Positions 1-12,700 of a stretch of DNA of 64,000 bases are shown piece after piece. How positions within the stretch are numbered: the stretch's first letter is position 1; each line of letters opens with the position of its first letter. A program made the translations under genes and the position numbers. The DNA is taken from contig JAPEUD010000051.1 of assembly GCA_026026165.1 (NCBI GenBank), forward strand, positions 1 to 64,000, written 5' to 3'. Below the pieces are notes generated by a model. It worked only from the letters and a program-made list of their open reading frames with translations. It searched no databases and had not been told where the DNA came from. Source of the stretch: Sarea resinae. Lineage: Eukaryota.

Positions 1-184
1 ACCACCCCCACCCCCCCCCCCACCCTGCGCCGTGACTCCGAGGGGCCTGTATGTGAACAGTTTCTCCAACTACTGCTACCGTTACTGTTGCTGTCACTGC
101 TGCTGACTCCTAAAGAGGTATCTACCAAAAAGACGAAAGCCAATCTCACCCACACCCGCCCCCTCCCAGGGAAAAGAAAAATGC

Positions 185-1891
185 CTAATTCGAAGACGGA
201 GCCCCAGCGCCCCGCTGACCCGTGACGCAAGCGGGCTCGCGAAAGCCAACAGACCACCGCACGGAGCCCATCTCGACGACGAGCAGGGCGACGCCGACGC
301 CGACGCTGGCGGCGCCGTAGAGCCAGGCGTGGCGGCGGCGCAGCGCGTGCAGCTCGGCGACCCAGGTGCTGACGGTCGTGAGACAGCCGCAGAAGCCATC
401 CATGATGCCCTGGAGGACCTGGCAGCCGAGACGGCCGCCGCCGACAGACGAGGAAGAAGGTGGGAGGGGGGCGTGTTGGAGGTCGTAGGCCATGCCGAGC
501 AGGGCGGTGCCGGCGGCGTTGACGACAAAGGTGCCGAGTGGGAAGGCAGCGATGCGGCCGTTGAGGGCGAGGGAAAGGTAGAAGCGGGTCAGTGTGCCGA
601 GGGGCGCAAAGACGAGCGCGAAGACGGCTTGGCCGCGCCAGGTCTCGTGGGTCCAGCTGCTGCGGCCGTGCGAGGCCGGGCCTGAGGGGCGATCCGGGGG
701 GAAGATGGCCATGAAGACGGCGCCGAGCCAGGTGGTTATGGCGAGAAAGACGGCGAGCGGGTCGAGGATGCGCCGGGTGAGGCGGAATGAGAGGGTTGGC
801 GTCATGGGCTGCAGGAGGAGAGCGATGTGTGCGCCTAGTGTGAGGGCGGAGAGGCAGAGCGAGAGGGTTAGGATGGTGGTGCCGAGGACGGCGAGGACGC
901 TGTAGCCGTTGGGCCGTGGGATGGTGGTGGTGGAGGATGGCAGGGGATAGTTTGGGGGAGAGGGGTGGGAGACGGGGGTGGGGAGGGAGTTGGAGAGCGA
1001 GAGGAAGATGTCGCGCATAAAGGTCGAGAAAGAGGTGAAGGAGCCGCAGAAGCCGGTTGCGAGGCCGATGTAGAGCGGTATCGTCTTTTTGATCTTGGAG
1101 TGTTCTGCTTTACGAACGGGGGAGGTGGTAGCCTCGGGGTCGGGCTGGCGAGACGGTGAAGAAGATGATGGTGGTGATGATGATGATGTATGACCCCATT
1201 CCTCACGGAAAAGCCGCCGGTCTTCGCTGAGGTATCCCATGAACAAGCTGCCACCGAAGTTGGCCCACAGTACCCCCAGTGCTACCGGTGCGCCGGGGTA
1301 GAAAGTAAGCCATTCGACGCCGAGACGGGCGAGCGTGCCAAGGAAGGAGAAGAAGATGAGGTATGAGACGGTGTAGATTTCGGTCGCGGCGCGCGAGACC
1401 CGACGTTGTTCTGTAGGAGAGGGCGTCTTCTCGTCGGTAGAGCTGGCGGGTGGCGACTCGAGCGCTTCATCTTTGGGACTCGTGAGGCCGTTTGTTGGCG
1501 GTTGGCATGATCCACCACCGTGTCCCTCATCTCCCCCATCTCGACTGCGCCTCTCTTCCAACGAGGTATGATAGTAGAACGAGTCTTCGCCTTCGGTTTG
1601 GACTGGAGCAGGACTGGCCACCTCGTCGAGGTTGGCATAGTCATCGGGCTCTGTGTATTCATCTTCGCTGGGCCGTCTCCCTTCGCGACGAGGATGTCTC
1701 GGCCCTAATCTGGCGCGGTTGACTTGTCTCTCACGCGCGCCATCTGTGTCATCGCTGTGCGCCTCCTCGAGGGAATGATGCCGATAACGCTGGGCATCCT
1801 GGGGGTTCTCGACGGGCGGAGGTCCTACTACCTCGTTCACGTTTGAGTAGTTGCCGGGAGGGTCGTACGCCCGAGTCTGTGACGAAGCCAT
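185..1891 (-). CDS. FEX1: Fluoride export protein (FEX, double CrcB/Fluc domain), 568 aa, intronless
   Basis: Two CrcB signature motifs (GLATGFCGSFTSFSTF; GIMDGFCGCLTTVSTW), two GTL(A/T)R helices, FPLGTFVVN, multiple TM segments, long hydrophilic N-tail. Confidence 0.95.
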   Translation of the reverse strand: MASSQTRAYDPPGNYSNVNEVVGPPPVENPQDAQRYRHHSLEEAHSDDTDGARERQVNRARLGPRHPRREGRRPSEDEYTEPDDYANLDEVASPAPVQTEGEDSFYYHTSLEERRSRDGGDEGHGGGSCQPPTNGLTSPKDEALESPPASSTDEKTPSPTEQRRVSRAATEIYTVSYLIFFSFLGTLARLGVEWLTFYPGAPVALGVLWANFGGSLFMGYLSEDRRLFREEWGHTSSSSPPSSSSPSRQPDPEATTSPVRKAEHSKIKKTIPLYIGLATGFCGSFTSFSTFMRDIFLSLSNSLPTPVSHPSPPNYPLPSSTTTIPRPNGYSVLAVLGTTILTLSLCLSALTLGAHIALLLQPMTPTLSFRLTRRILDPLAVFLAITTWLGAVFMAIFPPDRPSGPASHGRSSWTHETWRGQAVFALVFAPLGTLTRFYLSLALNGRIAAFPLGTFVVNAAGTALLGMAYDLQHAPLPPSSSSVGGGRLGCQVLQGIMDGFCGCLTTVSTWVAELHALRRRHAWLYGAASVGVGVALLVVEMGSVRWSVGFREPACVTGQRGAGAPSSN

Positions 1892-2788
1892 GACAAGGCA
1901 ATTGACTACTCACGCGGCCAGCCTCATCGGCACATCTGCGAGTGGCAATTCAAAGTCGTCCATGTCGTCTGCGTGGAGTATGAGTTGGTCCTTTTCGCTG
2001 GGGCAGGATCGCCGCCATCGTCGCCATTGTACTTTGAAGTCGATGATCGGGTGCACGGGCCTCGGAAAGGGCCTAGTGGATTTCACGTATTTACCTCGAC
2101 TATCGACTACTCCGTATGCTCAATATCCTCATGGAAGCTGGAGCGCCATTGACTCTGGAAGCAGACATGATAATATCCCATGAGATGTCATCTTCTGATA
2201 TCAGTAGCCAAAGGAGACATGTCGTGGCGCCTGGGGGCACAGTCATCATACCGCAATGATACAGCGGGAAGAGATGGCCTCGAACAAGCAAGCTAAGCTA
2301 CATGCGCTGCGCGATTGAGATAGCGATAACGGCTATCTGCAATCAATCATGACAGAGCGCGTATCATCGTCCTCCCTCGCTGCTCCGGCCATTGTTCCAC
2401 CCCGCCCCGCTCCTGGTCCGCGTACCTTGACTAGATCGGGCAAATCGCGAGGGGGATCAGGTACGCCGGCGGACGACGATCGAGCCAAGACAATACCCCG
2501 AACATCCAAGCCATCGCGGTACTGCCAGCGTATATAACATAGCGGGGTCTTTCAACCTCACCACCACCACCACCACCACCACCGCCGAAGCCCACACTCG
2601 TCCCCTTCCTCACTCACCTCGCACCACGATACAGATACTTCCTATAGTACCAGACCATTAGATCTCATATCGATACACCTTACCCACCCCGGCTGCTCAC
2701 CATTCCCACCGTCATCACCACCATCACCACCACCACCTCCTCCACTACCTTGTCCCGATCGCAACCACACCTATCCCACACGCACACC

Positions 2789-3739
2789 ATGTCAAGCCCT
2801 CTGCCCGCCAATGTCCACGTCTCCCAGCATCCCTGCCTCCTAGCCAAGCTCTCCCAGCTCCGCTCCTCGACCGCCACCGCGCGCGAGACCAAAGGGCTCG
2901 TGCACGAGATCTCGCTGATCCTGGGCTGCGAGGCGCTGTCCAAGGGGGTAAAGGCTGGTAACACAGGCGAAAAGGTAAGCTTCGGACCCTTTGACGCCGC
3001 ATGAGTGGCCGGAAGTGGCGTTGATTGCTTCCCGCGCATCCCTTTGAGCACGCCCTCTCATATACCACGTCTGGAGCTGGATCTATAAGATCCGCTCACA
3101 TAGCGTGTGATTGACCGACTTATAGGCTCAAACGCCGCTCGGCAACTCCTACGAGACGACATCCTTATCGCCCGAAAACATAGCTTTAGTTCCCATCCTG
3201 CGCTCCGGTCTAGGCATGGTTGACGGTACATATACCACCCCCCCTCCCCTTTCTTCCCCCGTGCCCTCCTCCCCTCGGGCCTCCAGGACAAAAAAAAAGA
3301 ACAAAAACTCATCACTGACCCACGCCCAGCCTTCCACCTCCTCCTCCCCCACCCAACACCCGTGCACCACCTCGGCCTCTTCCGCGAACCCACAACACTG
3401 CAGCCAGTGGAATACTACAACAACCTGCCCTACCACTCCTCTTCGTCGACGATCCCGACGCGCACGATCCCCCCGCTGGCCATCCTGCTGGACCCGGTCA
3501 TCGCGACCGGCGGCACCAGCAGCGCCGCCATCCAGACCCTGCGCGAGTGGGGCGTGCAGCGCGTGCTGGTCGTCTCGATCCTGGCCTCGGCCGAGGGCGT
3601 GCGCCGCGCCGCGGGCGAGTGGCCCGATGGCGTCGATGTCTGGGTCGCGGCCGTCGATGACACGGTTGATGCCAAGGGCATGATTAGGCCCGGGATCGGG
3701 GACGTGGGCGATCGCTTGTTCTTGACGGTTGGGAAGTAG
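2789..3739 (+). CDS. Uracil phosphoribosyltransferase (Upp-like), 3 exons
   Basis: ATG 2789 MSSPLPANVHVSQHPCLLAKLSQLR; introns ~2974-3125 and ~3226-3329; spliced motifs LVPILRSGLGMVD, HHLGLFREPTTLQPVEYY, PRPP loop LLDPVIATGGT, IRPGIGDVGDRLF. Confidence 0.93.
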
Positions 3740-4163
3740 GTAAGCGAGTGGGGGAGGGGTTCTTGTGGCTGGGGAGTGGGCATCGCTGGTGGGTGAGTGC
3801 GAGTGCAGGTGCGGGTGCGGGTGCGTATTCGATTAGATGAGTTTAGACCAAAACAGACTGGACGAGATAGTCAAGGACCGTCCACAGTCGAGTCGACAAG
3901 GAAACCCACTGGAAGTGGTGTGAAGGAACCCGAGAATCATGCTGAGAGATCGCCGTCGCCCTGGATCAAAAAACCCCCAGAGCCAAACGACGAAAGCTTG
4001 CTGGGCGTAGAGGAGAAGCCGGGGAATGGGGTGATATTACGACAGGCTAGAATAGGAGTAAACTTCATGGGACAGACAGACATTCAATCTTTCGCACTCC
4101 GCCACTCCGCATGACCTACAATAATAGATCATATACTACTGCTCATGGAAAGGGGCCGACAGG

Positions 4164-4190
4164 CATCATCATCATCATCATCATCATCAT
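4164..4190. repeat. (CAT)9 microsatellite
   Basis: Direct reading. Confidence 0.95.
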
Positions 4191-4932
4191 CCCTATCCAA
4201 ACTAGAATTGAATTTTCCCTCTCATTGGCCCATAAGACGTAGTAGTTAGACACAGACACAGGAGCTTGATTTTCAAAGCATTCATAGGAACTTAAGAGAG
4301 ATGGGACGAACAAACATGATGAAAAAGAAAAGAAAAGGAAAGAAAAAATAGAAATTTCTCGCCTCCCCTTCCATGCCTTCCGTGATGGTGCTTTTTTCGG
4401 GGGTGCGGGTGTGCGAGAGTGCGGATTGGGCTGCTAGATGAACGCTTCGAAACGACAGAAAGTCATGGGGGAAATGAAAGGCGTTGTTCCTACCGTTTAA
4501 ACCGGTATATGGACGGACGGACACTCACTCCCTTTCGACTCCTCTGATCCTTTTGTCATTGTGAGCCCACTAATCATGCTGAAGGTAAGATAAAACCACG
4601 GCAGGAACAGAAGACGAGATTGAGAGAAGATGGGAAGCATTCCATCAGTATTCAAGGGTGTCGTGCCTAGTCGTGCAAAATAGTAAAATATGCAGTGGGT
4701 CCTCGGGTAACAAGTCAAAGGATGTGTTGAATAGAGGGAGAATGCATCGATAAGGAAAATTTTAAGCACCATCAATGAGGAGACCAGACGAGAGATGAGA
4801 TGGGGCGAGATCACAACATTAACGCCCAGAGACCAGATTACAGGAGAGGGCGGGCAGGAAGGCAGGCAGGCAGGTAAAGGGATGAGTGGAGTGAGCATCG
4901 GATCCCAGGAAAGACCAGACCTCAGAAAAAGC

Positions 4933-6922
4933 TTAAGAAGCAATGGCGCGGGCTCCTCCTCTCCGATTGTTCTTGGTCTTCGAGACAGTACTCCATCCAT
5001 CTTCTTCGAGAGAGTCGGCGCTGGTCTCAGTCGAAGGCTCCGGGGCCCTCTCCTCCGACTTCTTTCTCCATGCTCCCTCTGATTTGGCTGGAGGGTCCCT
5101 CACAATCTCCTGAGGCTTGACGGCTTTGTCATCAACGATGGTGCCTTCCTCCGTTTCACCCTTTGCGCCCTCATCAGCTTCACTACCATTCTCGCCAGCC
5201 TCCTTTTGAGGAGCCTCCAAGTTCGATCCGGCTTGAGCGGTCTCTTCTCCGTTCTCTTTGGCCTGCGCAGCCGCAGCCGCTTTCTCCGCTTTGGCTGCCT
5301 CTTTGGCCAAGCGCTTCTCTTCTCGTACCTTATCATCGTGCTCCTTCTTCTGACGGTGGGCCAGCTCTCTCTTCTCCTCGATTTCCCGCTCTCGTGCAAA
5401 GGTATCGATGGGGCGCGCCGCGCCGAATGGGCTGGCTTTGGAGTCCGAGGTAGCAGGTGAAGGGGCGGCAGGTTCGGCTTCGGACACCGTTCGCTTCTGG
5501 AGGTTCAGTCTCGGCCGGTGGGCCAATGCCGCGGGTGCCGCAGCGGGCGATGGAGGGTTGCTACCGTCATGAGATGATGCGGCGGGGGATTTGACAGGGG
5601 CGTCCTTCCTCATCTTAGATCTCCATTGATTGTCAAGCTCCGCAGCTGTCGGGGCTCTATCGACTGGAGGCCTCTCCTGGAATTCTCTCCTCGGTGGTCT
5701 GGATCCATCCTGAGAACGACCTTCACCCCAAGCTGGTGACTGTCGACGTTCTCGGGGTCCATCGTTTGTCCTTGGTCTTCCGGGCTCTCCCATAGTGGGA
5801 GTTGACGGCGTGCTAGGTGTAAGTGGCCCTTTCCGTTCCCAATTGCCGAAATCGCGGACCTTGCCATCACCCTGCTCAAATGCAGGACGGCGACGCTCTC
5901 CTCGGTCACTGCCCGCATCAGATGGTTCGTATCCGCCACGACTGCCAAAGCCAGCTCGGTCAGAGACACGGCGTTGGCCGGGGAGGTCCGGGAGCGGGCC
6001 CTTTCGAGTCCAATCGTTCAATTCTCGGGCGTCGGGCCTATCTTTTGCTGTTTGGTGGACACCAATGTCAGACGCAAATTTGATGAAAAACATGAAACAG
6101 AAGCATAGAGGTTCAACTTACGCGGTTCAGCAACACTGACTCTGATGCTTCGCCCTTGGAATTGGGTTTGGCTGAAATCCAGCGCTTTCTTCAGGCCATC
6201 CAGAGTAGCAAACTCAACGTAGCCGAATCCTTTCGGCTTCCTCTCAAGCTTGTCCTCGACGATGCGGACATTGGTGACCGAGCAGCCAGTAAAGAAATCG
6301 GTGATGTCGCCTTCTGTAGCGTCGAAAGACAAATTACCAATGTGAGCCGTATACGGTGGCTTATCCGGAAATGGGAGCGGGTCGCGGGGACCGAATCCGC
6401 CACGATCTAAGTATATAGTCAGTGTTTTTCACACAACGCTACAAGCTTTACCGCAGCACTGTCGTTGAGCTTACCACCGAAACCGGTTCCAAATCCACCG
6501 GCAGAACTGAACGCACGGCGTTCACCACCATATCCGGTACGGCCATCGGGGACTGAGGGATTTTAGAGTTAGATTGTGGAAAATGATGATCGGGAAAATC
6601 AATCCCGCTTCGACCAGCGTCCGTCGGGGAGGATGAAATGCAAAGGAAAGGAAAGACTCACCAGGCATATCCTCCATCTCATCTGCCCATGACCCGAGAG
6701 CTGCGAATTGTTAGTTTGTGCCACCAAATGGACGTTCCCGGACTGCATTTCATACTCTCGTCGTTCAAAAAGTCCCCGAGGGACATCTTCTGGTTCTTTG
6801 ATTTCGCAGGAGCTAGAAAACGAAGCTGTCAGGAGTGGTCCAGATACCGCGCACATTCGGATGGAATTTGAGAGGTTGCGAACGATGTTCGGATAGGCGT
6901 CAGAACGAGGCTGCTTACCCAT
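4933..6922 (-). CDS. TIF3: Translation initiation factor eIF4B (Tif3/Sce3-like), RRM protein, 5 exons
   Basis: ATG G|GTAAG micro-exon at 6922; spliced N-terminus APAKSKNQKMSLGDFLNDE.LGSWADEMED; RRM (PYTAHIGNLSF..KGFGYVEF); WTRKGPL/WERKGPL repeats, RPRLNLQKRT, SPFGAARPIDT. Confidence 0.93.
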
Positions 6923-9743
6923 GATTGCGACAGATCAATCGATAGTTGAATCGAGTTGGAAATGTCTAGTAGTAAGTCGAAGAGACGCGATGCACCAGTC
7001 TAGGTGGTGGATCAGAGTGATATGTGGAAAGAGCTGAGACCGAGAGATCGATCGTGAGGTGCGAGTAAAAAGACGAAGTGCCAAGGCGTCGTCGACGAGA
7101 GCAAAAGTATGGAGGTCACGAAGTACCAGACAAATTTATCGATGGGAGCACGATGAACGGGTCGTTTGTCGTTTGTCGTTTGTACGAAGTACCGCGAAAA
7201 GTTCCTGGAGGCTGGATGGGACAGCTGATTTAGCGAGCGAACCACTCCAACCTGGGAAACGCACAGTGCTGGAGAGAGGAAGAGAAGATCAATGGATCCA
7301 TGGATCAAATTCACGATGGAGAGGCCGGCCGACATCATATCGCATCACATCACAATACTACTATGTACTACATACTACGAGAGGGCTCCGATGACACTGG
7401 ATAGAAGGTACCGACCTAGTATCTACCCTTCGTCTGACATTGATGGCATTCTCCTGAGACACCAGTCCACAGAGATCATACCCAGAGTAATTCATCGATG
7501 TTACCTATGCGGTGCGAGCTGTCGGACGGGGCGATATCAATTATCTCAGTATCATCCATCATTCCTACTAGTACGAGGCAAGGATCCCGATTTCCTCCTC
7601 ATCCCATGTCTTGCGCTTCCGAATCTTAGTCGGATGCCGCCTTTCCCAATCCAGATAGCCATCCGCGGGGGCCAAATCGAGGACGTAGCGACTGACGCCG
7701 AATTGTTGCTATCCTCTTACTGTATCACCGTCAAGGGAGCCATCATCTTACTACTAGGGATCCATACCGTGATGTGCGTCTGCGCTGTGAAAAGAAGACA
7801 TCGAGACAGGAGATTGCTCGTGGACATGTCAGCTGCCTTGGGGCGAGATAGTCGAAGCCATCATTGATCCATGTGTCAGAATCCCTCCCCTCGATGGGTT
7901 TCTCGCAGCTGCAGGGCGGCAGTCCGAGTATCAGCACCAAGGGCTATCAACTTAAGAATACATTGATACGACGCATTATTTCCAATTCAAAGCCCGACAT
8001 TTTTTGCCCGTGTATCCATGGATGTCTCTTGAGAGTGCACACGACTTGATACATACCTACCTTGCTGTCACCTTGAACGTACCGTAGTATGCAAAGAGTA
8101 CCTGCCTACCTTGCGGTACGCAGTCCTCCGGAGTAGAGCAGTCTACTCCGGAGTATGTAGTAGATGTTCTTTCGGGAATTCGGTAGCTTCCATCCAATGC
8201 TTTGATTTGGTGGGTCGAAATGCTTGGTGGTCCATCTCATCTCATCTCATCGTGCCTTGTTTGATCTGGTCCCCGTCCTTGTTTTGGTCGGCGGTCAAGG
8301 ACCATACGTCGTGAGGGCGTATTGCTGACGGACAGTCCAGTCCAGTCCGAGTGCGTTTGGGAAATGTCTCAAATCGCTGGCAGCACTGTCGGGCAGGACG
8401 CAACTTGGTCGAGGATCTGGCTGGGGATCAGATCTGCAGACCTTATCATGAAGACTGCCACCAACGTTGATAGCCCTGAGCGTGTACATACATAGTACTA
8501 TGTCAGACGGCAATTCGGGATGCGTGGTCGAGCAGTCGAGATCCGTCTGTGGGGTACTTCTACCATGTACATCCAATGCAGACCTGGCGCAGTACGCAGT
8601 AGGTGGCTGTACGCAGTACTCTGTAGCTACTACCGCAGGGTATGGATGTACTCAGCCCGTCGCATTTGGAAAGGCAGTCGGTGCTCGCTTTGGCTGTGAT
8701 CTGAGGTCTGCTCGTATGAGATAGTACTATGCAAGGTAGTGTACTACGTAGTATTTGTACTCTACTCTGCTCGTACTGTGGCCAGCTCTCATGGTGGCTA
8801 TGATTATCATCGTTGGGCCAGGCCAGATGGCAATGCTTCACTGCATTGTTCGGTGTTCGTTCATCGTGCTGACGGGCCGGGTCTGGCACCAAAACGCCGT
8901 CCTAACGCCGAAGGGGTAGGCAGGGCAGTGCGGTACTATGTAGGCAGCTGGAGCTTGTGTGCATGGATGAGTACCAGCGACGGCCGCTATGTAATCATTC
9001 GGTCACCAGGGGGTCTTTGCCACGAAGAAGAGGCGTCGTCAGTACATCGAGAGACCGCAGGAGAACTCCCATCCAGCCATCAAATCATCGAGACGCCATC
9101 GCCATCCGCCATCCATATCCGCCATCCACCATCGACGTACTATCGCCCGGTATTTGGCAGTAGCGGATACTTCGTTCTGACTGTCCGATCTATATGTCTC
9201 TGGGGTACCCTCAGGTGCCCATCGACCTGGCACGTACCTGAGGTACTCTGTACCTACCGCACTGTGCGTTGAGCTTGCCGCGATTCACCATCCCACCGTT
9301 TTCCGCGCCCACAACCTTCCCTTCCTCTTTATTCTTTTATCTTTACCACCCGACCACGCCCCTCGAGCCGGTAACAATGTGATGCAGAAATCCCTCGGAC
9401 TCCAGCATCAATGCCAATGACTGACGACTGGACCCATTCCCATCAATACCTCCCCTAAACATCCGGCCGAAGCATCCTATCCGCACCGACACCTACATAC
9501 ATAGTTGAAAACCGGAGAGGCCGGGGCATAGCTCGGGGAGCGTGGGAATTTGGTGCTCTCGATAGCACAGGGCACGACAGAGCCATGGTAGCCATCATGC
9601 TGGTGTAGAGCCCAAAGCATCTTCTTTGAGCTCTGGGATCCGAGTCTATCCAAGTGAAGCGCCATTGCCTTCTCCGGCACGCCCACTTACGCCATCTTCG
9701 CCAGGCAGGAGGAGCATTACCATTGTGATGCAGATAAAGTACC

Positions 9744-12700
9744 ATGGCGTCCTATAGTCCCACTTTCCTCCTCGGCGTGCTCGTCCTGATCTACCTATCG
9801 TCCTTCGTTTTTTTCGCCTTGCTTCGGACTGCCACTGGCATCTCGATCCAGCGTCTCGGCTACAGTTCGTTGCGCCATATCGCCTACACGCCCAAGGATG
9901 GTGTGAGGATACAGATCCGCGGGTTAGGCCTGCTTTTACATCGGCCGACGTTTGCGCGACCGACTTGGGTCAGTCTGGTAATCGACGAGGCACAGCTCAC
10001 AATAGACCCGAAGGTGCTGGCGGAGAGAAAGCGTGTTGCCCTGGAACGGAGGCGCACGGTGTCCATCGATGATGCAGATGGGCCTAATTGTGCGCGGTTC
10101 TCCCCACCGTCTGACACGGAATCTCCTTCTGGGCGTGAACACCGGAAACCGGGCCGGAGCCATACCTGGGAAACCCTGACGAACATCAAGGAGCGGATAA
10201 AGAGATTGCATCGAAAGATCAAGTGGCTGAGGATGGTCGACGTCGTGATAACGAATTCGTCCTGCGTGATCGTCGATGTTGGCTCTATACAATTGGCAAA
10301 TTTTACAATGGCCGTGGACACAAGACGGAAAATGGTGGAAAGAGGACGTGTATTTCAACATAAGGCGACCCTTCTGAAGAACCAGATGCCTGCGGAATGG
10401 ATGTTCACCCTGCGTAGCATCCTCTTTACGCCAGAAGGGAAAGATTCGGTAGAGCTCCTTGACCACTGCACCCTCGACATCAACGGTTTACTCTACGAGG
10501 AGCTGGACGGTTTACGTGACGCATCCATAGCTCTCAAATTGGGCCGTCTCCACATCCCGTTCGATGATCTTGAATTGGCATCGAATCACTATCGCCAATT
10601 GCGTGACGCATATAAGATCCGTAGAAAGTCCGCCCAAGAAGCGGAAATATCCCTGACGGATTTTATGGAAGAGCTTGAAATGCCTGGCAGTCGCGAGGAA
10701 CGAATTGTCCAGACCGTTTCCGATTCCAAGGAATTTGCGAGTTCGATCTTGCGCGGGATACAGGAAGTCCAAATGGCTGCCAGTTTCGTGGCATTGTCCA
10801 AAGAAATCAAATTCGCACAGCAATCTGGATCATCGATATTCCTGTCCATGGCTATGAAGGAAGTGGGAATGGACCTGCATCGCCTGGATCCCAAAGGCCC
10901 CGCCCATCGAATGTACTTTTCACCAGAAGACATCGCCCATCAGGCTCTTTTCGCCGCCATCTCTATCTCTATAGGAATCGACGATGGAAAAGCCCCCGCC
11001 GAAAAGCTGATCTATGTGCCGATGGTGACAACCACTGTCAAGACCAATCTGCCGTCAAAGACAGTTCAATTTACCAAAGACAAGGCTTCTGCTGATTGGA
11101 ACGCCAACATGTTGTTTGCTAATATGGTTGTGACGTCTCCTTCGGTGGATCTAGATCCTAAGCATATGCCAATGGTCCTTGCACTCCTACGGTTCCGTTC
11201 TGAAATATCCTCTCAATCTCCACGCAGCAACCACCAAATTATCTCTCGGCTTTTGCCAAAAGCTAGTATCAAGATGTTGATACATGAGCCCGTGGTCAGG
11301 GTTACTCTATCGCCTGCCGGCCAAGAGGAAAGCAGCGAGGACGATTACGACTTGCTGATATCATTGATCTCGTCAATTTCTTTTGATGTGGAGTCCTCCC
11401 ATTCCATGGAAGGAGATGTTCACTATTCTTTGGTTTCCAGTTCCAGAATCTCATCGCACCGGCTCTATTACCAAACAGCGTCAGGTATGAAGCATAATCT
11501 TCTCTCCACCGAAAGTTTGGATTTGAAGGTTCAATTGAGAGCATCACCTGAAGTATACGTGGTTGCTGCGGGAAATCTGCAAACGTTCTGTGTCCATCTA
11601 GTCCGACCGGAAATCAGTGAAGGCCTGCATCAGATTGTACGAGCATTGGCGAACAATACCCCAGCCCAGAAAGATGGCTCTTCAGAACCGGAAAAGCGAA
11701 ATTTCCTCAGGAAATTACCACCTTGGCTACTGCATTTTCAACTTCAGGGGTCAAATTTTGGAATCGAAGTCGCTGGAGTAGACCCTGACATCTCCGAAGA
11801 TTCTCGCGGGGTAGCTTTGCAGATGGAATCCTGGACCGCCGAGTACAAAGCGCAGAAAGATAACGGTTCTTCGAAGCGTCCGTCTAGGCATAGAGCAGCT
11901 AGTCTATCTCTCGAACCGGATGAGACTTTCTTCAAGGCCTTTCCGCCGACACCTCACCGCAAGAAGCATTTGACAACTGACGGCAGGCGACTAGCAGTAC
12001 ACATGCGCGGCCTCGAAGGGTTCGTGGTGGAGTCTCTCCATACTTGGGAGCCAGAGTCTTTCCTCTCTGTTCCGCGTCTGGAAATTGCTTTGAGCACATC
12101 GACTGATCCTCAAGGGCCGATGCTTCACATCAATTCGCACATCAAGACAATATATCTTCAGTACTCGCTCTATCGTTATTATGCTATTGGCGTCGCCACC
12201 ATGGTCCTTCGCAAGGCATTTGCTCATGGCCTCCCTGAAACAGACGGATGGACAAAACAAACTGCGACTGGTGATCCGATCACACCTCCTGCGTCTGAAG
12301 ATCCTGGTCAGCTTCAGAAACCGAAATCACGATCAGAATTTGTCTCGGTCGATATAAAAGCTACCTTCATCCAAGTCAAGGCTCGGATGCCTTCTGACCC
12401 GGCTATTTTATTCCAGATGTACGCTCTTGAAACAGGCCGCCATCGATGGCAGTCTCCCTTCATAAGGTCTCAATTATTCAGGCTTTGTGCTGAAGCTCCA
12501 AGCATCAAGGGAATCTGGGCTCGTGTTGTCAGTCTAAAGGATCTTCGGGTTGATCTTCACGAGAGTCGCCGAAAACACGGGCAAGAGTTCGTCACGGAGA
12601 AGTCCATAGATGTTTGGGCAGATGGAATTTTGCTGAAAGTACCTCATCAGCTCGTCCTTCATAAAGTTTTTGACAATTTCGTCAACGTCGCCAAGGCAAC

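Noticed and set aside
7292..7867. 191-aa ORF and other ORFs in the eIF4B-FMP27 spacer
   Set aside because: No domain-like features or codon bias; consistent with chance ORFs
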